Position numbers and translations under genes: made by a program. From the NCBI GenBank assembly GCA_032718475.1, contig JAUCBJ010006969.1:1-64000 (forward strand): DNA of 64,000 nt, written 5' to 3'. The first letter of the stretch is position 1, and every line of letters begins with the position of its first letter. This document shows positions 1 to 11,804 of the stretch, piece after piece. The notes beneath the pieces were generated by a model, which saw only the letters and a program-made list of their open reading frames with translations, was not told the origin of the DNA and made no database searches. The DNA is from Nemertoderma westbladi. Lineage: Eukaryota; Animalia; Xenacoelomorpha.

Positions 1-1
1 T

Positions 2-109
2 AGCCCTAACTCTACCGAGATAACCTCAAGTGGATTCAAGCTTTTGGGACGGACAGTGGTGGGACTTGTGCCGGTTATCGTTGTCGTGCTGTGCTACATG
101 TTGGCGTAA
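2..109 (+). CDS. C-terminal fragment of a membrane-anchored protein (possibly env-like), 5'-truncated by the window
   Basis: Frame 2 reads SPNSTEITSSGFKLLGRTVVGLVPVIVVVLCYMLA*: an N-S-T sequon followed by a hydrophobic C-terminal segment. Confidence 0.4.
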   Translation, partial: SPNSTEITSSGFKLLGRTVVGLVPVIVVVLCYMLA

Positions 110-235
110 ACACTGCGACAGCGGTACATCGGCGCTGAGAAACCCACTGTCCGGGGGCAAAGGTCTAGTAGGCAGCGACGCCCGCTTGCCTAAAATATTA
201 ACTCATATTGATATTAATAAACTCAGATAGCAGAT

Positions 236-634
236 ATGACGGAATTGATAGAAGATGACCTTGGTATCAGGGAGCGATATACTCTACCTTTACAAGCGTT
301 TGTGGATAGCTTGATACGCGGTGAAGCCGATCCGACTATTACGGAGGATGATGGTCATTATATCGAACCGCCGATGTCCCAAGAGCAACTTACGCGTGAA
401 TTGGACTATCGAAAATTAACCGCTCGCTATACGCATCGTAATGGTACGTATATGGACTTCTTAACTACCGGCCATCCTATCGATTTACATGATACGGACG
501 ATGTAGACACCGAAAGGGAAATGGTTCTATTTAAATATCATACCCAGCGGCGTCGTAACGATAAAACGAGAATAGATCACGAAAATTCTATTCGTAACAG
601 ACTGGGAAGACGAACCAATATGTCTAGAATCTGA
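236..634 (+). CDS. Hypothetical acidic protein, or exon of the retroelement accessory gene
   Basis: 132-aa ATG ORF with protein-like composition, preceded by an acceptor-like TAGCAG (228-233). It overlaps the next reading frame, which is open from 576. Confidence 0.45.
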   Translation: MTELIEDDLGIRERYTLPLQAFVDSLIRGEADPTITEDDGHYIEPPMSQEQLTRELDYRKLTARYTHRNGTYMDFLTTGHPIDLHDTDDVDTEREMVLFKYHTQRRRNDKTRIDHENSIRNRLGRRTNMSRI

Positions 635-1685
635 GGAGATTCAGCCTCCCACGTCTCGGAGTAGCGATAGCGACTACATATTGGAATGGTATCAAGGTCC
701 TCAGTGTCTTACTGCGTATGATTATCGCCATGCTAATTATGTTTCTAGACGACGTTGTCGGCTGTGCGCATCGAGAGACCATATTACGTCTATGGATACC
801 AACGATCTCTGTTCCTATTTCCACGAACAACCGTCGATGGAAATCTATTGTGCATATTGTCGGCTTAATAATTTGCACATTTTTGCTGTCTGCCCCCAAT
901 TTATGACTCAATGCCATCATTGTCAATTAAAAGGACACGCCAGCTTTGATTGTCCCTTTAACCATGATTTAGAGAGCGTAGATGAAATGATTGTACTACG
1001 TTATATCAGAGCTTGGGAAGCGAACGCTGATTTACATTGTGACTCACGCCATCGCTATTATCCTGGACGCGCTTACGAAGGAGTTTATGCGTTCCATCCT
1101 TATTTGTTTGCCTCCGTCGAGCAGAAATCGCGTCTATCAAGTTATGAACTATTGAAACGCGTTGGAGAATGTATTTCAACCAAATATGTACGCAAATTCC
1201 TCAGGAGCATTAATCCGAGTGACATCCAGTCTTACAACTTAATAAACTTTATCCGTCAAGACCCTGCCTATGGAGACTTATTCGTCAACTCACACCCTGA
1301 GTTACAAGAAGTATATCGACGGCCTTACGAGTATCGAGCCCGCGAACGCGAGTTAGAAAGAACCATTAAACCAAGGAAGTTTCTAACTGCCTATGGTCCA
1401 CCCACGGCCCTCGTTCAGACCACTCGTAAAGGACCCGTAAGAGCGGCTGTCTTGAAACGAGCTCTCAAAGCCGTTAGACCCCTCTCCCCTGACGTTGATG
1501 TTAATCAACCCGGTACTTCGACCGGCGGATATACCGATCGCAATCCCATACCTTCTGATGCAATCATATTGCACCCTTCACCCAGGAGTTATAGCCCTCC
1601 TAGTAAAGTGGCTCGCCCCAAAGAGAAAAGGACTCTTGCTAGCTTCAAAAAACTGCGTAAACGCCGTCCGCGCAAGAAAGACTAA
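576..1685 (+). CDS. Multi-zinc-knuckle protein with basic C-terminal tail
   Basis: The frame is open from 576 (the track starts it at TTG 681). Motifs are CRLCASRDH..C, CAYCRLNNLHIFAVC and a canonical CX2CX4HX4C (CHHCQLKGHASFDC), with an NLS-like KKLRKRRPRKK end. Confidence 0.7.
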   Translation: MTKILFVTDWEDEPICLESEEIQPPTSRSSDSDYILEWYQGPQCLTAYDYRHANYVSRRRCRLCASRDHITSMDTNDLCSYFHEQPSMEIYCAYCRLNNLHIFAVCPQFMTQCHHCQLKGHASFDCPFNHDLESVDEMIVLRYIRAWEANADLHCDSRHRYYPGRAYEGVYAFHPYLFASVEQKSRLSSYELLKRVGECISTKYVRKFLRSINPSDIQSYNLINFIRQDPAYGDLFVNSHPELQEVYRRPYEYRARERELERTIKPRKFLTAYGPPTALVQTTRKGPVRAAVLKRALKAVRPLSPDVDVNQPGTSTGGYTDRNPIPSDAIILHPSPRSYSPPSKVARPKEKRTLASFKKLRKRRPRKKD

Positions 1686-1763
1686 CTGTTTAGAGTATTT
1701 TTATATTTTAGAAACTGTGATTTTGTATATTTTATAGACTTAAATCCCATTTTCTGGGAGCGG

Positions 1764-2413
1764 TGTAAAAGCTTTTGTGGGTATAACTGGATCCGTTTGC
1801 CTTTGCTGGCCAGTTCTCCCCACAGGCGCTGGAATACTCTAAAAAGGTTCTCTAACTGTATATATATTCCCCTCGCCCGCAAGGTACCTTTACAGGTGTT
1901 TTAACGGACATAAAAATCATTCTGCTATATACGTGTTTTGGCGGACATGGTAAGGCAAAAAACCTGTAATGCACCAACTACCTTTCATAGCTTAGCCGTG
2001 ATAATTCATATTACGACATCTAGCAGCTGGTTGCTGACATGGAAACAGCCATTAGATGCAAGGTTCTTTGTTTGGCTTGAGCCAATCAGAGCGATTTTTC
2101 CTGTCGACGTGTAGCTTTCCTGCCGATCATAAGGAGAGTGTTCAGTCTTACTGTTTTAGAGTTGATACTTTGTTGTTATTGCTGTCTAAGCCAGAAACAC
2201 CGGCATTTTTGGATAGATACTGCTGTACCGTAAACTGCTTGAATTATCGAAAGTATAAACTGTTACCGAATCGAATTATCACTCTAACTGCATTAATCAT
2301 ATTGTTTGTACTGTTATTTTACCGTCAGTTATTAATTGTAAATATTTGTTGATGGAAATATTGCTATTTGGATAATACGGATAAATCACCCAATTCCCAA
2401 TTTCTTGATAACA
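1764..2413 (+). repeat. Putative 3' LTR (~650 bp)
   Basis: TGT...ACA termini directly after a PPT-like tract. The right boundary is inferred because no partner LTR is in the window. Confidence 0.4.
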
Positions 2414-4636
2414 CTACAGGTTAGAGAGACCGGCTATACATAACAATTGCGATTTATATTAATGTGGTGTGTATTGAATCCAATGTTATTTAGCAGACCC
2501 TACGTGAGTCAATTACTGCTCTCTTTATGTGTGATCAAATGTACTGACTGTCGGCAGAATAGTGTGTATGATTGTGATTGGTAACAAAGTATTTCCTAAA
2601 GAATACGTTTTATACTTTAATCATAAGCAGTATCGTTGCGTTTAGTATAAGTCTTAGTTCTGTTTAAATAGATAAAGCGCCACGTCCTAAAGGAACTGTT
2701 AATATTTCCCGAAAGCCAATAATATCTGTCAGAGATTAATTATTAACGATCTATCGAATAATACATTAGGTATACACTGCAACCTTACACTGTAATAATA
2801 CAATTCAAGCATCCGAATTCAGTCTCCCGGGTGTAGATCCATCGGGTGAATGATCGCGCATGGGCTGACTTCGGCTAATGTTTTGCGTATTAGCATAAAT
2901 TATTGTCGTATGCTAAAGTGGTTTTAATTAACTAAAAGACATATAAATTTTGGCAGGTTAAACTGCTAAAGGTCTTCAAAAGCGCGAACATTAACTGTTA
3001 CCGTCATATGGCTGAATTTAATTTCATCGAGATCGGAGATCGGTAAACTGATCGAGACTGACAGACTGAGGAGCGCTCTATTGCAGTATTGAGTTTGCGC
3101 AATGCGTGGAGCTGCTCTGTTCTTCCCCGTACAACCAAATGGGCAACCAACCATACGTCTTTGTCCTCTTCCGGGTTAGTACTACTGCACCATCTAAAGC
3201 TACGCTGGTAATCTCCTTGCTTTCTTCAAGCATTACTAGTTCTACGCTTCTATCCGTGCTGAGAATGTCCAACTTCTGACTTGTACGGGCTGACCTAACC
3301 TGACGCCAAAACCAACCCAATCGATGATATCATCAGGAACGCCTTTCCGCTTGAAGTAATTCGAACATACAGTACAGGTCTTTGCTTTGACGCAGAGTTG
3401 AACGCCTTGAAGAAATCTATAAAATGTCAGAATATGACCTTCCTTAGACTGTGGGCCCCCCTACATCTTATATTTTATGATTGCCGTATTCCGTATATTA
3501 TATTTGTTATTTATAATGTTTAAGAATATAGGAGACAGGGAGGGGTGGGGGGACTTGTCGCAAATCCCATCGCGGCGAATTAATAATATCTCGTATCAGT
3601 GTTAAATTATGATTTAAGGGAAAGAAGAAGTACAGTGCAACAGTGGCAGGTACAAAGTCAATAGAACAGGTTACAGTTTCATTTTTGGGAATAATCAACT
3701 GTTCTGTATTTGGGTCGATTTCACCTGGAGAGGGATAAATTTTGATTGCGTTCAAAGTCCCACAATATCTGCAAAATAGGACTAATATATATTTAGTAGC
3801 GGTACTGTAGAATGGTCAAAGAACAAAGTCTAATTTCATTTTGCCGCTTCCACTGGTTCAGGTTCATATTGTATTTACATGAACATTGATTATTATTTCC
3901 ATATTTGATGCTATTCAGTGCTCTGATTTTCTATATATATTTGCTTCATGGAGTGCATGTGGTTTATTTTTATTTAAATATCTTGCTTGACCCGTAAGGC
4001 CTAATTTGCATTGTCTCTTTATAAGATTTGTATTTTTCAAAGTCATTGATATGTTTACTTTGTACCGTGCCTTTTTTTTATTATGTATATTTGTTTTGTT
4101 TTGTTTGCAACCATCAGTGTTATTTGTAACTTGGTTGTTTTCTCCAGCAATATTGTGTTTATTTTTGGTAACTGAGGTACGCATTAATTCTTTATAACTA
4201 TACTATACTACAGTTCTACAGTTTAATATCCATTTAAAACAATCCTACAGTAAATATCCATTAAAATTGGCACCAAACTGCCAAAGCTGATTTGCTCTAC
4301 CTATCCATTCCACCTCACCACAATTCTCAGACTGTTGTTGATAACAGTGGCTTTCATGTTTGTAACCCATACCGGTGTCCCAGGCGCATCTGCCCTTTGG
4401 CCTTTTGCCTTTGGACCGGTGCCATTGGCCCGACTTCTTCATGTTCTTGCTGTCTTGTTTCTTCTAGTTCTATCTTCGGATCTTGTTCTGTAGTGTACTT
4501 GTTCGGGTAGGCCTATAATAATACTGTAATACAGAAATCAAGTTATTGTATGATCACTGTATCTCATTATCGGTGCCAATGCAGCAATGTCTGAAGTTCA
4601 AGTCAGTTAATAATAAATTAAATAGCCTCCCGAAAT

Positions 4637-5482
4637 ATGACGGGTGTTGCTGAGGAAAACAACGATAGTAAACTCTCTATGGATAACGGCGAGGTACCTT
4701 TGCGTGTCGACACAATGCGCACGCGGTTACAGGCCCGTAGAAGCGCGTTAAACATACAAATTAACAAGGAATTAATGATGCGAAACGGAGCCGAGAATCT
4801 ATACAAAGTCACCTCCGATAAGAAACTACGAGAGACAATCGCGTTGGAGTTGAGTTTCCTAAACTCCAACCTCCAATTACTCAAAGAAGAGCTCGCCGAA
4901 CTCAACAGTAATGTGGAGGCGTACCAGAACAGCAACGCTTCCGCTGTCTCATCGCCAATGATCCCACTCGGACTCAAGGAAACCCGTGACATCGACCTCG
5001 CCACACCTATAAAGGATTACATACTGGAGCACTACAGTGAGGACCCCAGCGGGTACGGTCGGGAGTTAGATCTACTCCATCGGATGCGCCAGATAGTGCG
5101 AGTCCCGACCCGCAACCAGGACGGAGTTTCGCTCCTACTCACCTACTTTCTGCAACTAGAATCGTTGACGCAACGTTTCCTTCCGCGCAACCGCCTCCAC
5201 GGGGTCCACTTCCATTGGTACGACTCTCTCACCGGGGTCCCTGCGACCCACTGCAACGTCGCTTTCGAGAAATCATCGGTTTTGTTTAACGCCGCCGCGC
5301 TGCTGTCCCAGATAGCGGCCAAGGCGGATCGCAGTTCGGCTAGCGGATGCGACGAGGCTGCGAGTGCGTACCAGCGGTGCGCCGGCGTTCTGCGCTACCT
5401 CGCGGATCGATTTAACAACGCTCCTTCTAGGGACATGTCCGCGGAGGTGTGCAAGACGTTGATTCAGTTGATGCTGGCCCAG
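4637..5482 (+). CDS. RHPN: Rhophilin exon 1 (HR1 Rho-binding domain and N-terminal part of BRO1)
   Basis: Contains RTRLQARRSALNIQINKELMMRNGAENL (HR1), MIPLGLKET, HYSED, FHWYDSLTG and FEKSSVLFN. Donor CAG|GTGAGT at 5482/5483, phase 0. Confidence 0.95.
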
Positions 5483-5519
5483 GTGAGTAGCAAATGTCGG
5501 CCAAATATCACATACCCGG

Positions 5520-6938
5520 CAGTGTCGGCATAACGTTGTGCCGACAGTGTGTGGTGTGCAGATAATGTGCTGACTGTCGGCGTTACGTTGTGCCGACAGT
5601 GTCGGAGATACGTTGTGCCGACAGTGTCGGCGTTACGTTGTGCCGACAATGTCAACATTTTAAAAATTTTTATAAATGAAACTGTGAAAAAATTTGAAAA
5701 TGAAAAGAGAAATTTCTCTTTTCAAAACAAAATTTGAAAATTTCAGCATGAAAAATAAACCTCGGTTTTTAAAAGGCCTAACTGTTTCCAAGATACAGAT
5801 GAATTAAAAAAATTATAAATGACCCCCCACCCCCCCCCCCCCCCCCCCGCGCCGCAGGCCTGATAAGGATAAAGGGGGGCCTTTTATACAGTCCCAATCC
5901 CAATAAGCGTTAACTTGGCCATTTTGGCGGCCAAAAAGACCAAATAAATGTAGTGTATTCCTATGGGCTATTAGGTCATTATGGCGAGGCGTTTTAACTC
6001 GACTCCACTAAATCCAGACTGCTGTCTCCTTGGCCACAGCTGTTTGGTTGCTCTGACTAAATGTCGGCTCGCTTTTATTTTTTATTATTGACAGATTGCT
6101 AACTTCCCCCAAGATGAGTTGGGCCTTGCGGTACTGGAGACCACCCACTGAGGCATTGATACAGCACACAGGCTATTAAGGGAGTTGAATGCGGCTTTGT
6201 TAAAGGAGGAGTATGTAATAATCTGATTGTGTGTGTACTTCTCACCTACCCTGCTCCTTTGTGTAGCTTCAGTATAGATAGCGTCATTATGAAATGGCGA
6301 CACCGTCTGAAGGCGTCCTCAATTCTAGTTATAGTACCTGGGTCTGTTATATGGCGAGAGGCCAAGTAAATGGCGACACTCTGTCTAGAACGAGTTCGGT
6401 ATACTACTGAGATTCACATAAGCCCTGTTCACATCCAACGGTGTGTGAGCGGTAAAATGCCCGTTGACATGTAGTTTGTACACAATGGTTGGTTAGTCTG
6501 GCGGTATTGAAGCGGTAAACCAGGGAGCCCGTTCACACCCAACGGTACCGGTACAGTTGCGGTAACTGATTTTATATCTGTCAACTGCGAATTCAACAGG
6601 AAATTACATTAAATTTTTTTTAAATTGTTTCCGCACAACTACCTGTTGGGTCGTTCACAGTCGGCGGTGATCAATAATCACTTATTCATCCTATTTAGGT
6701 TTTAGCCCGCCACACTGTCGGCACAACGTAACGCCGACACTGTCGGCACAACGTAACGCCGAGGCCGACAATGTCAGCATAACGTAACGCCGACACTCAT
6801 CACATTATCTGCACACTGTCGGCACAACGTAACGCCGAGGCCGACACTGTCAGCATAACGTAACGCCGACACTGTCGGCACAACGTAACGCCGAGGCCGA
6901 CACTGTCAGCATAACGTAACGCCGACACTGTCGGCACA
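5520..6938. mobile_element. Foldback-like structure in the rhophilin intron: inverted arms made of ~24-29 bp subrepeats
   Basis: The left arm (5520-5652, cagtgtcggcgttacgttgtgccga repeats, gtgcagataatgtg) is the reverse complement of the right arm (6711-6938, tcggcacaacgtaacgccgacactg, cacattatctgcac). Confidence 0.65.
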
Positions 6939-7410
6939 GCGTTTACATCCTTTCATTGTAATCCTTCACAGCTTTCTTATTTTTTATAGGCCTAATAAAT
7001 TTAATATTAACATACTTAGTAGTAACGTGGAAGTATTAAAATACTTTCACTTTACCGAGGGCTGATCCGAGGGGTGTGTTACACGAACGAGCGAAGCGAG
7101 TGAGTAGAATAAATCCACAAAAACCAGAATAGTGTAGAAAAAATATATACTCGGCAACAACAACAACTGTGTAGTATGTATACCGAGTATGTAGTTTTGT
7201 TCCAAAATTATATATTATGCCTAATTCGTGTAAATAAGTATAAATTATTTGTAACTAATATTAACAAAATCCATTACGATTAACCAAAGGTTCATCTTTT
7301 ATTGAAGCAATATAACGTTTTAGACCTGCAACGATAAACGACAGACACCTTGATACATACATTGGATAGATACAGTGTGTGGTAATTTATTATATTATAT
7401 CTCCTCTCAG

Positions 7411-8529
7411 GCGCAAGAGTGCTTGTTCCAGCGATTCGTTCTAGAACGGGGTGCGGAATCGGCGACCCGATGTCTGGAGATCGCCCTGGAAGCAGCTTCG
7501 GTCGCCGACGCAACCAGCTCGGTCCATCGCTACATGTGTCTCCCCGCCGTGAAGGAATACCTCCCGGCCACGTGGCTGGCCATCGGGCTGGTAAAGCGGG
7601 AGCATTACAAGTCGCTGAGTCACTACTACACGGGGCTGGGGTACCTCGGGGTGGAGGGTGCGGGGGGCGAGGGGGTGCGGGAACTGTGGGGGCGGTTGTA
7701 CGTGGGGGGCTACGAGGGGGGCTTCCCTGCCGGCGGCCCGCAACGCAAGAAACTCGCCAAGGCGCATCTCCGCGAGGCGCTTATCCGCCACGAGGAGGCG
7801 CTGCGGTTGCACGGTCTGTGTCGGCAACTCCGACGGGTCGACACCTTCCAACAGGTTCTCCGTGACGCGCACAACCGCAGTCTTTCTCGATTCACTCAAC
7901 TCGAGGACGAGGACGACTTCTACGACGTCCTGGAGGTCCCAGCAGTCCAGCCCTCCAGCAACCTTCGCGCCATCCCAATCGCCCCCGATCTCACCAACGC
8001 GGCCCTCACCAAGCCCTCCACCGACTTGTTCCACCGACTCGGTCCCATCAAGGCCTTCAACTCGTGGTCCCTGTGGTCGCCGCCCCGGACGGTGGTTGTC
8101 TACCGGGGGCCGTCCGGTTACGGGTTCACCGTCCGGGGTGACAGTCCCGTTACCGTCGCCGCCGTAGAGCCAAAGAGTCAGGCGGAACTCTCCGGGTTAC
8201 TCGTCGATGACGTCATTGTGTGTGTGGGCAAACAGGACGTAAAGTGGGCGAAGCACACAGATGTTGTGGAGTTAGTGCGCGCAGCTGGGTCAGCAGACTC
8301 GGGGGTCTTGACTCTATCCTTAGTGACTCCACAGGGTAAAGACACTTCAGCGAGGAGTAATAGTATGGATGACGTCACAACTACAACCCCCGGTGCCTTG
8401 ACTACCGGCACCGGTACCGCGCCGGTGAATTTTACCTTTCCGCGGACCGGCGATCGTGACGGGAAGAAGAAAAGCGGGAAGCGAAATACTTTGGGGTTGA
8501 ACGGGGCAAATACTGGGTGTTTGTGGTGA
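7411..8529 (+). CDS. RHPN: Rhophilin exon 2 (rest of BRO1 and PDZ); total 654 aa
   Basis: Acceptor ctcctctcAG at 7410; the join gives MLAQ|AQECLF. Contains DLFHRLGP and the PDZ motif GYGFTVRGDSPV...DVKWAKHTDVV. Stop TGA 8527-8529. Confidence 0.95.
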   Translation, partial: AQECLFQRFVLERGAESATRCLEIALEAASVADATSSVHRYMCLPAVKEYLPATWLAIGLVKREHYKSLSHYYTGLGYLGVEGAGGEGVRELWGRLYVGGYEGGFPAGGPQRKKLAKAHLREALIRHEEALRLHGLCRQLRRVDTFQQVLRDAHNRSLSRFTQLEDEDDFYDVLEVPAVQPSSNLRAIPIAPDLTNAALTKPSTDLFHRLGPIKAFNSWSLWSPPRTVVVYRGPSGYGFTVRGDSPVTVAAVEPKSQAELSGLLVDDVIVCVGKQDVKWAKHTDVVELVRAAGSADSGVLTLSLVTPQGKDTSARSNSMDDVTTTTPGALTTGTGTAPVNFTFPRTGDRDGKKKSGKRNTLGLNGANTGCLW

Positions 8530-11500
8530 AGTGATCGGTGTGTGACATAAATACTGGGTGTTTGTGGTGAAGTGATCGGTGTGTGACATAAATACTGGGT
8601 GTTTGTGGTGAAGTGATCGGTGTGTGACATAAATACTGGGTGTTTGTGGTGAAGTGATCGGTGTGTGACATAAATACTGGGTGTTTGTGGTGAAGTGATC
8701 GGTGTGTGACATAAATACTGGGTGTTTGTGGTGAAGTGATCGGTGTGTGACATAAATACTGGGTGTTTGTGGTGAAGTGATCGGTGTGTGACATAAATAC
8801 TGGGTGTTTGTGGTGAAGTGATCGGTGTGTGACATAAATACTGGGTGTTTGTGGTGAAGTGATCGGTGTGTGACATAAATACTGGGTGTTTGTGGTGAAG
8901 TGATCGGTGTGTGACATAAATACTGGGTGTTTGTGGTGAAGTGTTCGGTGTGTGACATAAATACTGGGTGTTTGTGGTGAAGTGATCGGTGTGTGACATA
9001 AATACTGGGTGTTTGTGGTGAAGTGATCGGTGTGTGACATAAATACTGGGTGTTTGTGGTGAAGTGATCGGTGTGTGACATAAATACTGGGTGTTTGTGG
9101 TGAAGTGATCGGTGTGTGACATAAATACTGGGTGTTTGTGGTGAAGTGATCGGTGTGTGACATAAATACTGGGTGTTTGTGGTGAAGTGATCGGTGTGTG
9201 ACATAAATACTGGGTGTTTGTGGTGAAGTGATCGGTGTGTGACATAAATACTGGGTGTTTGTGGTGAAGTGATCGGTGTGTGACATAAATACTGGGTGTT
9301 TGTGGTGAAGTCTTCGGTGTGTGACATAAATACTGGGTGTTTGTGGTGGAGTGATCGGTGTGTGACATAAATACTGGGTGTTTGTGGTGAAGTCTTCGGT
9401 GTGTGACATAAATACTGGGTGTTTGTGGTGGAGTGATCGGTGTGCGACATAAATACTGGGTGTTTGTGGTGAAGTGTTCGGTGTGTGACATAAATACTGG
9501 GTGTTTGTGGTGAAGTGATCGGTGTGTGACATAAATACTGGGTGTTTGTGGTCAAGTGTTCGGTGTGTGACATAAATACTGGGTGTTTGTGGTGAAGTGA
9601 TCGGTGTGTGACATAAATACTGGGTGTTTGTGGTGAAGTGATCGGTGTGTGACATAAATACTGGGTGTTTGTGGTGAAGTGATCGGTGTGTGACATAAAT
9701 ACTGGGTGTTTGTGGTGGAGTGATCGGTGTGTGACATAAATACTGGGTGTTTGTGGTGAAGTCTTCGGTGTGTGACATAAATACTGGGTGTTTGTGGTGG
9801 AGTGATCGGTGTGCGACATAAATACTGGGTGTTTGTGGTGAAGTGTTCGGTGTGTGACATAAATACTGGGTGTTTGTGGTGAAGTGATCGGTGTGTGACA
9901 TAAATACTGGGTGTTTGTGGTGAAGTGATCGGTGTGCGACATAAATACTGGGTGTTTGTGGTGAAGTGTTCGGTGTGTGACATAAATACTGGGTGTTTGT
10001 GGTGAAGTGATCGGTGTGTGACATAAATACTGGGTGTTTGTGGTGAAGTGATCGGTGTGTGACATAAATACTGGGTGTTTGTGGTGAAGTGATCGGTGTG
10101 TGACATAAATACTGGGTGTTTGTGGTGAAGTGATCGGTGTGTGACATAAATACTGGGTGTTTGTGGTGAAGTGATCGGTGTGTGACATAAATACTGGGTG
10201 TTTGTGGTGAAGTGATCGGTGTGTGACATAAATACTGGGTGTTTGTGGTGAAGTGATCGGTGTGTGACATAAATACTGGGTGTTTGTGGTGAAGTGATCG
10301 GTGTGTGACATAAATACTGGGTGTTTGTGGTGAAGTGATCGGTGTGTGACATAAATACTGGGTGTTTGTGGTGAAGTGATCGGTGTGTGACATAAATACT
10401 GGGTGTTTGTGGTGAAGTGATCGGTGTGTGACATAAATACTGGGTGTTTGTGGTGAAGTGATCGGTGTGTGACATAAATACTGGGTGTTTGTGGTGAAGT
10501 GATCGGTGTGTGACATAAATACTGGGTGTTTGTGGTGAAGTGATCGGTGTGTGACATAAATACTGGGTGTTTGTGGTGAAGTGATCGGTGTGTGACATAA
10601 ATACTGGGTGTTTGTGGTGAAGTGATCGGTGTGTGACATAAATACTGGGTGTTTGTGGTGAAGTGATCGGTGTGTGACATAAATACTGGGTGTTTGTGGT
10701 GAAGTGATCGGTGTGTGACATAAATACTGGGTGTTTGTGGTGAAGTGATCGGTGTGTGACATAAATACTGGGTGTTTGTGGTGAAGTGATCGGTGTGTGA
10801 CATAAATACTGGGTGTTTGTGGTGAAGTGATCGGTGTGTGACATAAATACTGGGTGTTTGTGGTGAAGTGATCGGTGTGTGACATAAATACTGGGTGTTT
10901 GTGGTGAAGTGATCGGTGTGTGACATAAATACTGGGTGTTTGTGGTGGAGTGATCGGTGTGCGACATAAATACTGGGTGTTTGTGGTGAAGTGTTCGGTG
11001 TGTGACATAAATGCTGGGTGTTTGTGGTGAAGTGATCGGTGTGTGACATAAATACTGGGTGTTTGTGGTCAAGTGATCGGTGTGTGACATAAATACTGGG
11101 TGTTTGTGGTCAAGTGATCGGTGTGTGACATAAATACTGGGTGTTTGTGGTGAAGTGATCGGTGTGTGACATAAATACTGGGTGTTTGTGGTGAAGTGAT
11201 CGGTGTGTGACATAAATACTGGGTGTTTGTGGTGAAGTGATCGGTGTGTGACATAAATACTGGGTGTTTGTGGTGAAGTGATCGGTGTGTGACATAAATA
11301 CTGGGTGTTTGTGGTGAAGTGATCGGTGTGTGACATAAATACTGGGTGTTTGTGGTGAAGTCTTCGGTGTGTGACATAAATACTGGGTGTTTGTGGTGGA
11401 GTGATCGGTGTGCGACATAAATACTGGGTGTTTGTGGTGAAGTCTTCGGTGTGTGACATAAATACTGGGTGTTTGTGGTGGAGTGATCGGTGTGCGACAT

Positions 11501-11804
11501 AAATACTGGGTGTTTGTGGTGAAGTGTTCGGTGTGTGACATAAATACTGGGTGTTTGTGGTGAAGTGATCGGTGTGTGACATAAATACTGGGTGTTTGTG
11601 GTGAAGTGATCGGTGTGTGACATAAATACTGGGTGTTTGTGGTGAAGTGATCGGTGTGTGACATAAATACTGGGTGTTTGTGGTGAAGTGATCGGTGTGT
11701 GACATAAATACTGGGTGTTTGTGGTGAAGTCTTCGGTGTGTGACATAAATACTGGGTGTTTGTGGTGAAGTGATCGGTGTGTGACAGACATAAATACTGG
11801 GTGT
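8508..11804 (+). repeat. 41-bp minisatellite, ~80 copies
   Basis: Unit AAATACTGGGTGTTTGTGGTGAAGTGATCGGTGTGTGACAT; copies are near-identical with a few recurrent variants. Confidence 0.98.

Larger units (their letters stand above)
1..2413 (+). mobile_element. 3' end of a probable LTR retrotransposon (possibly BEL/Pao-like) with accessory ORFs; 5' part is outside the window
   Basis: Tightly packed + strand ORFs are followed by a short AT-rich spacer, a purine-rich GGGAGCGG (1756-1763) abutting TGTAAAAG at 1764, and a candidate end ...TTGATAACA at 2413. No second LTR or pol is visible, so the class is inferred. Confidence 0.5.

Noticed and set aside
3078-4510. Possible small spliced minus-strand gene (donor 4373, acceptor 3416; GHRFLQGVQLCVKAKTCTVC)
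   Set aside because: Splice sites are plausible, but the peptide matches nothing I recognise and the C1-like pattern is incomplete. It needs RNA evidence.
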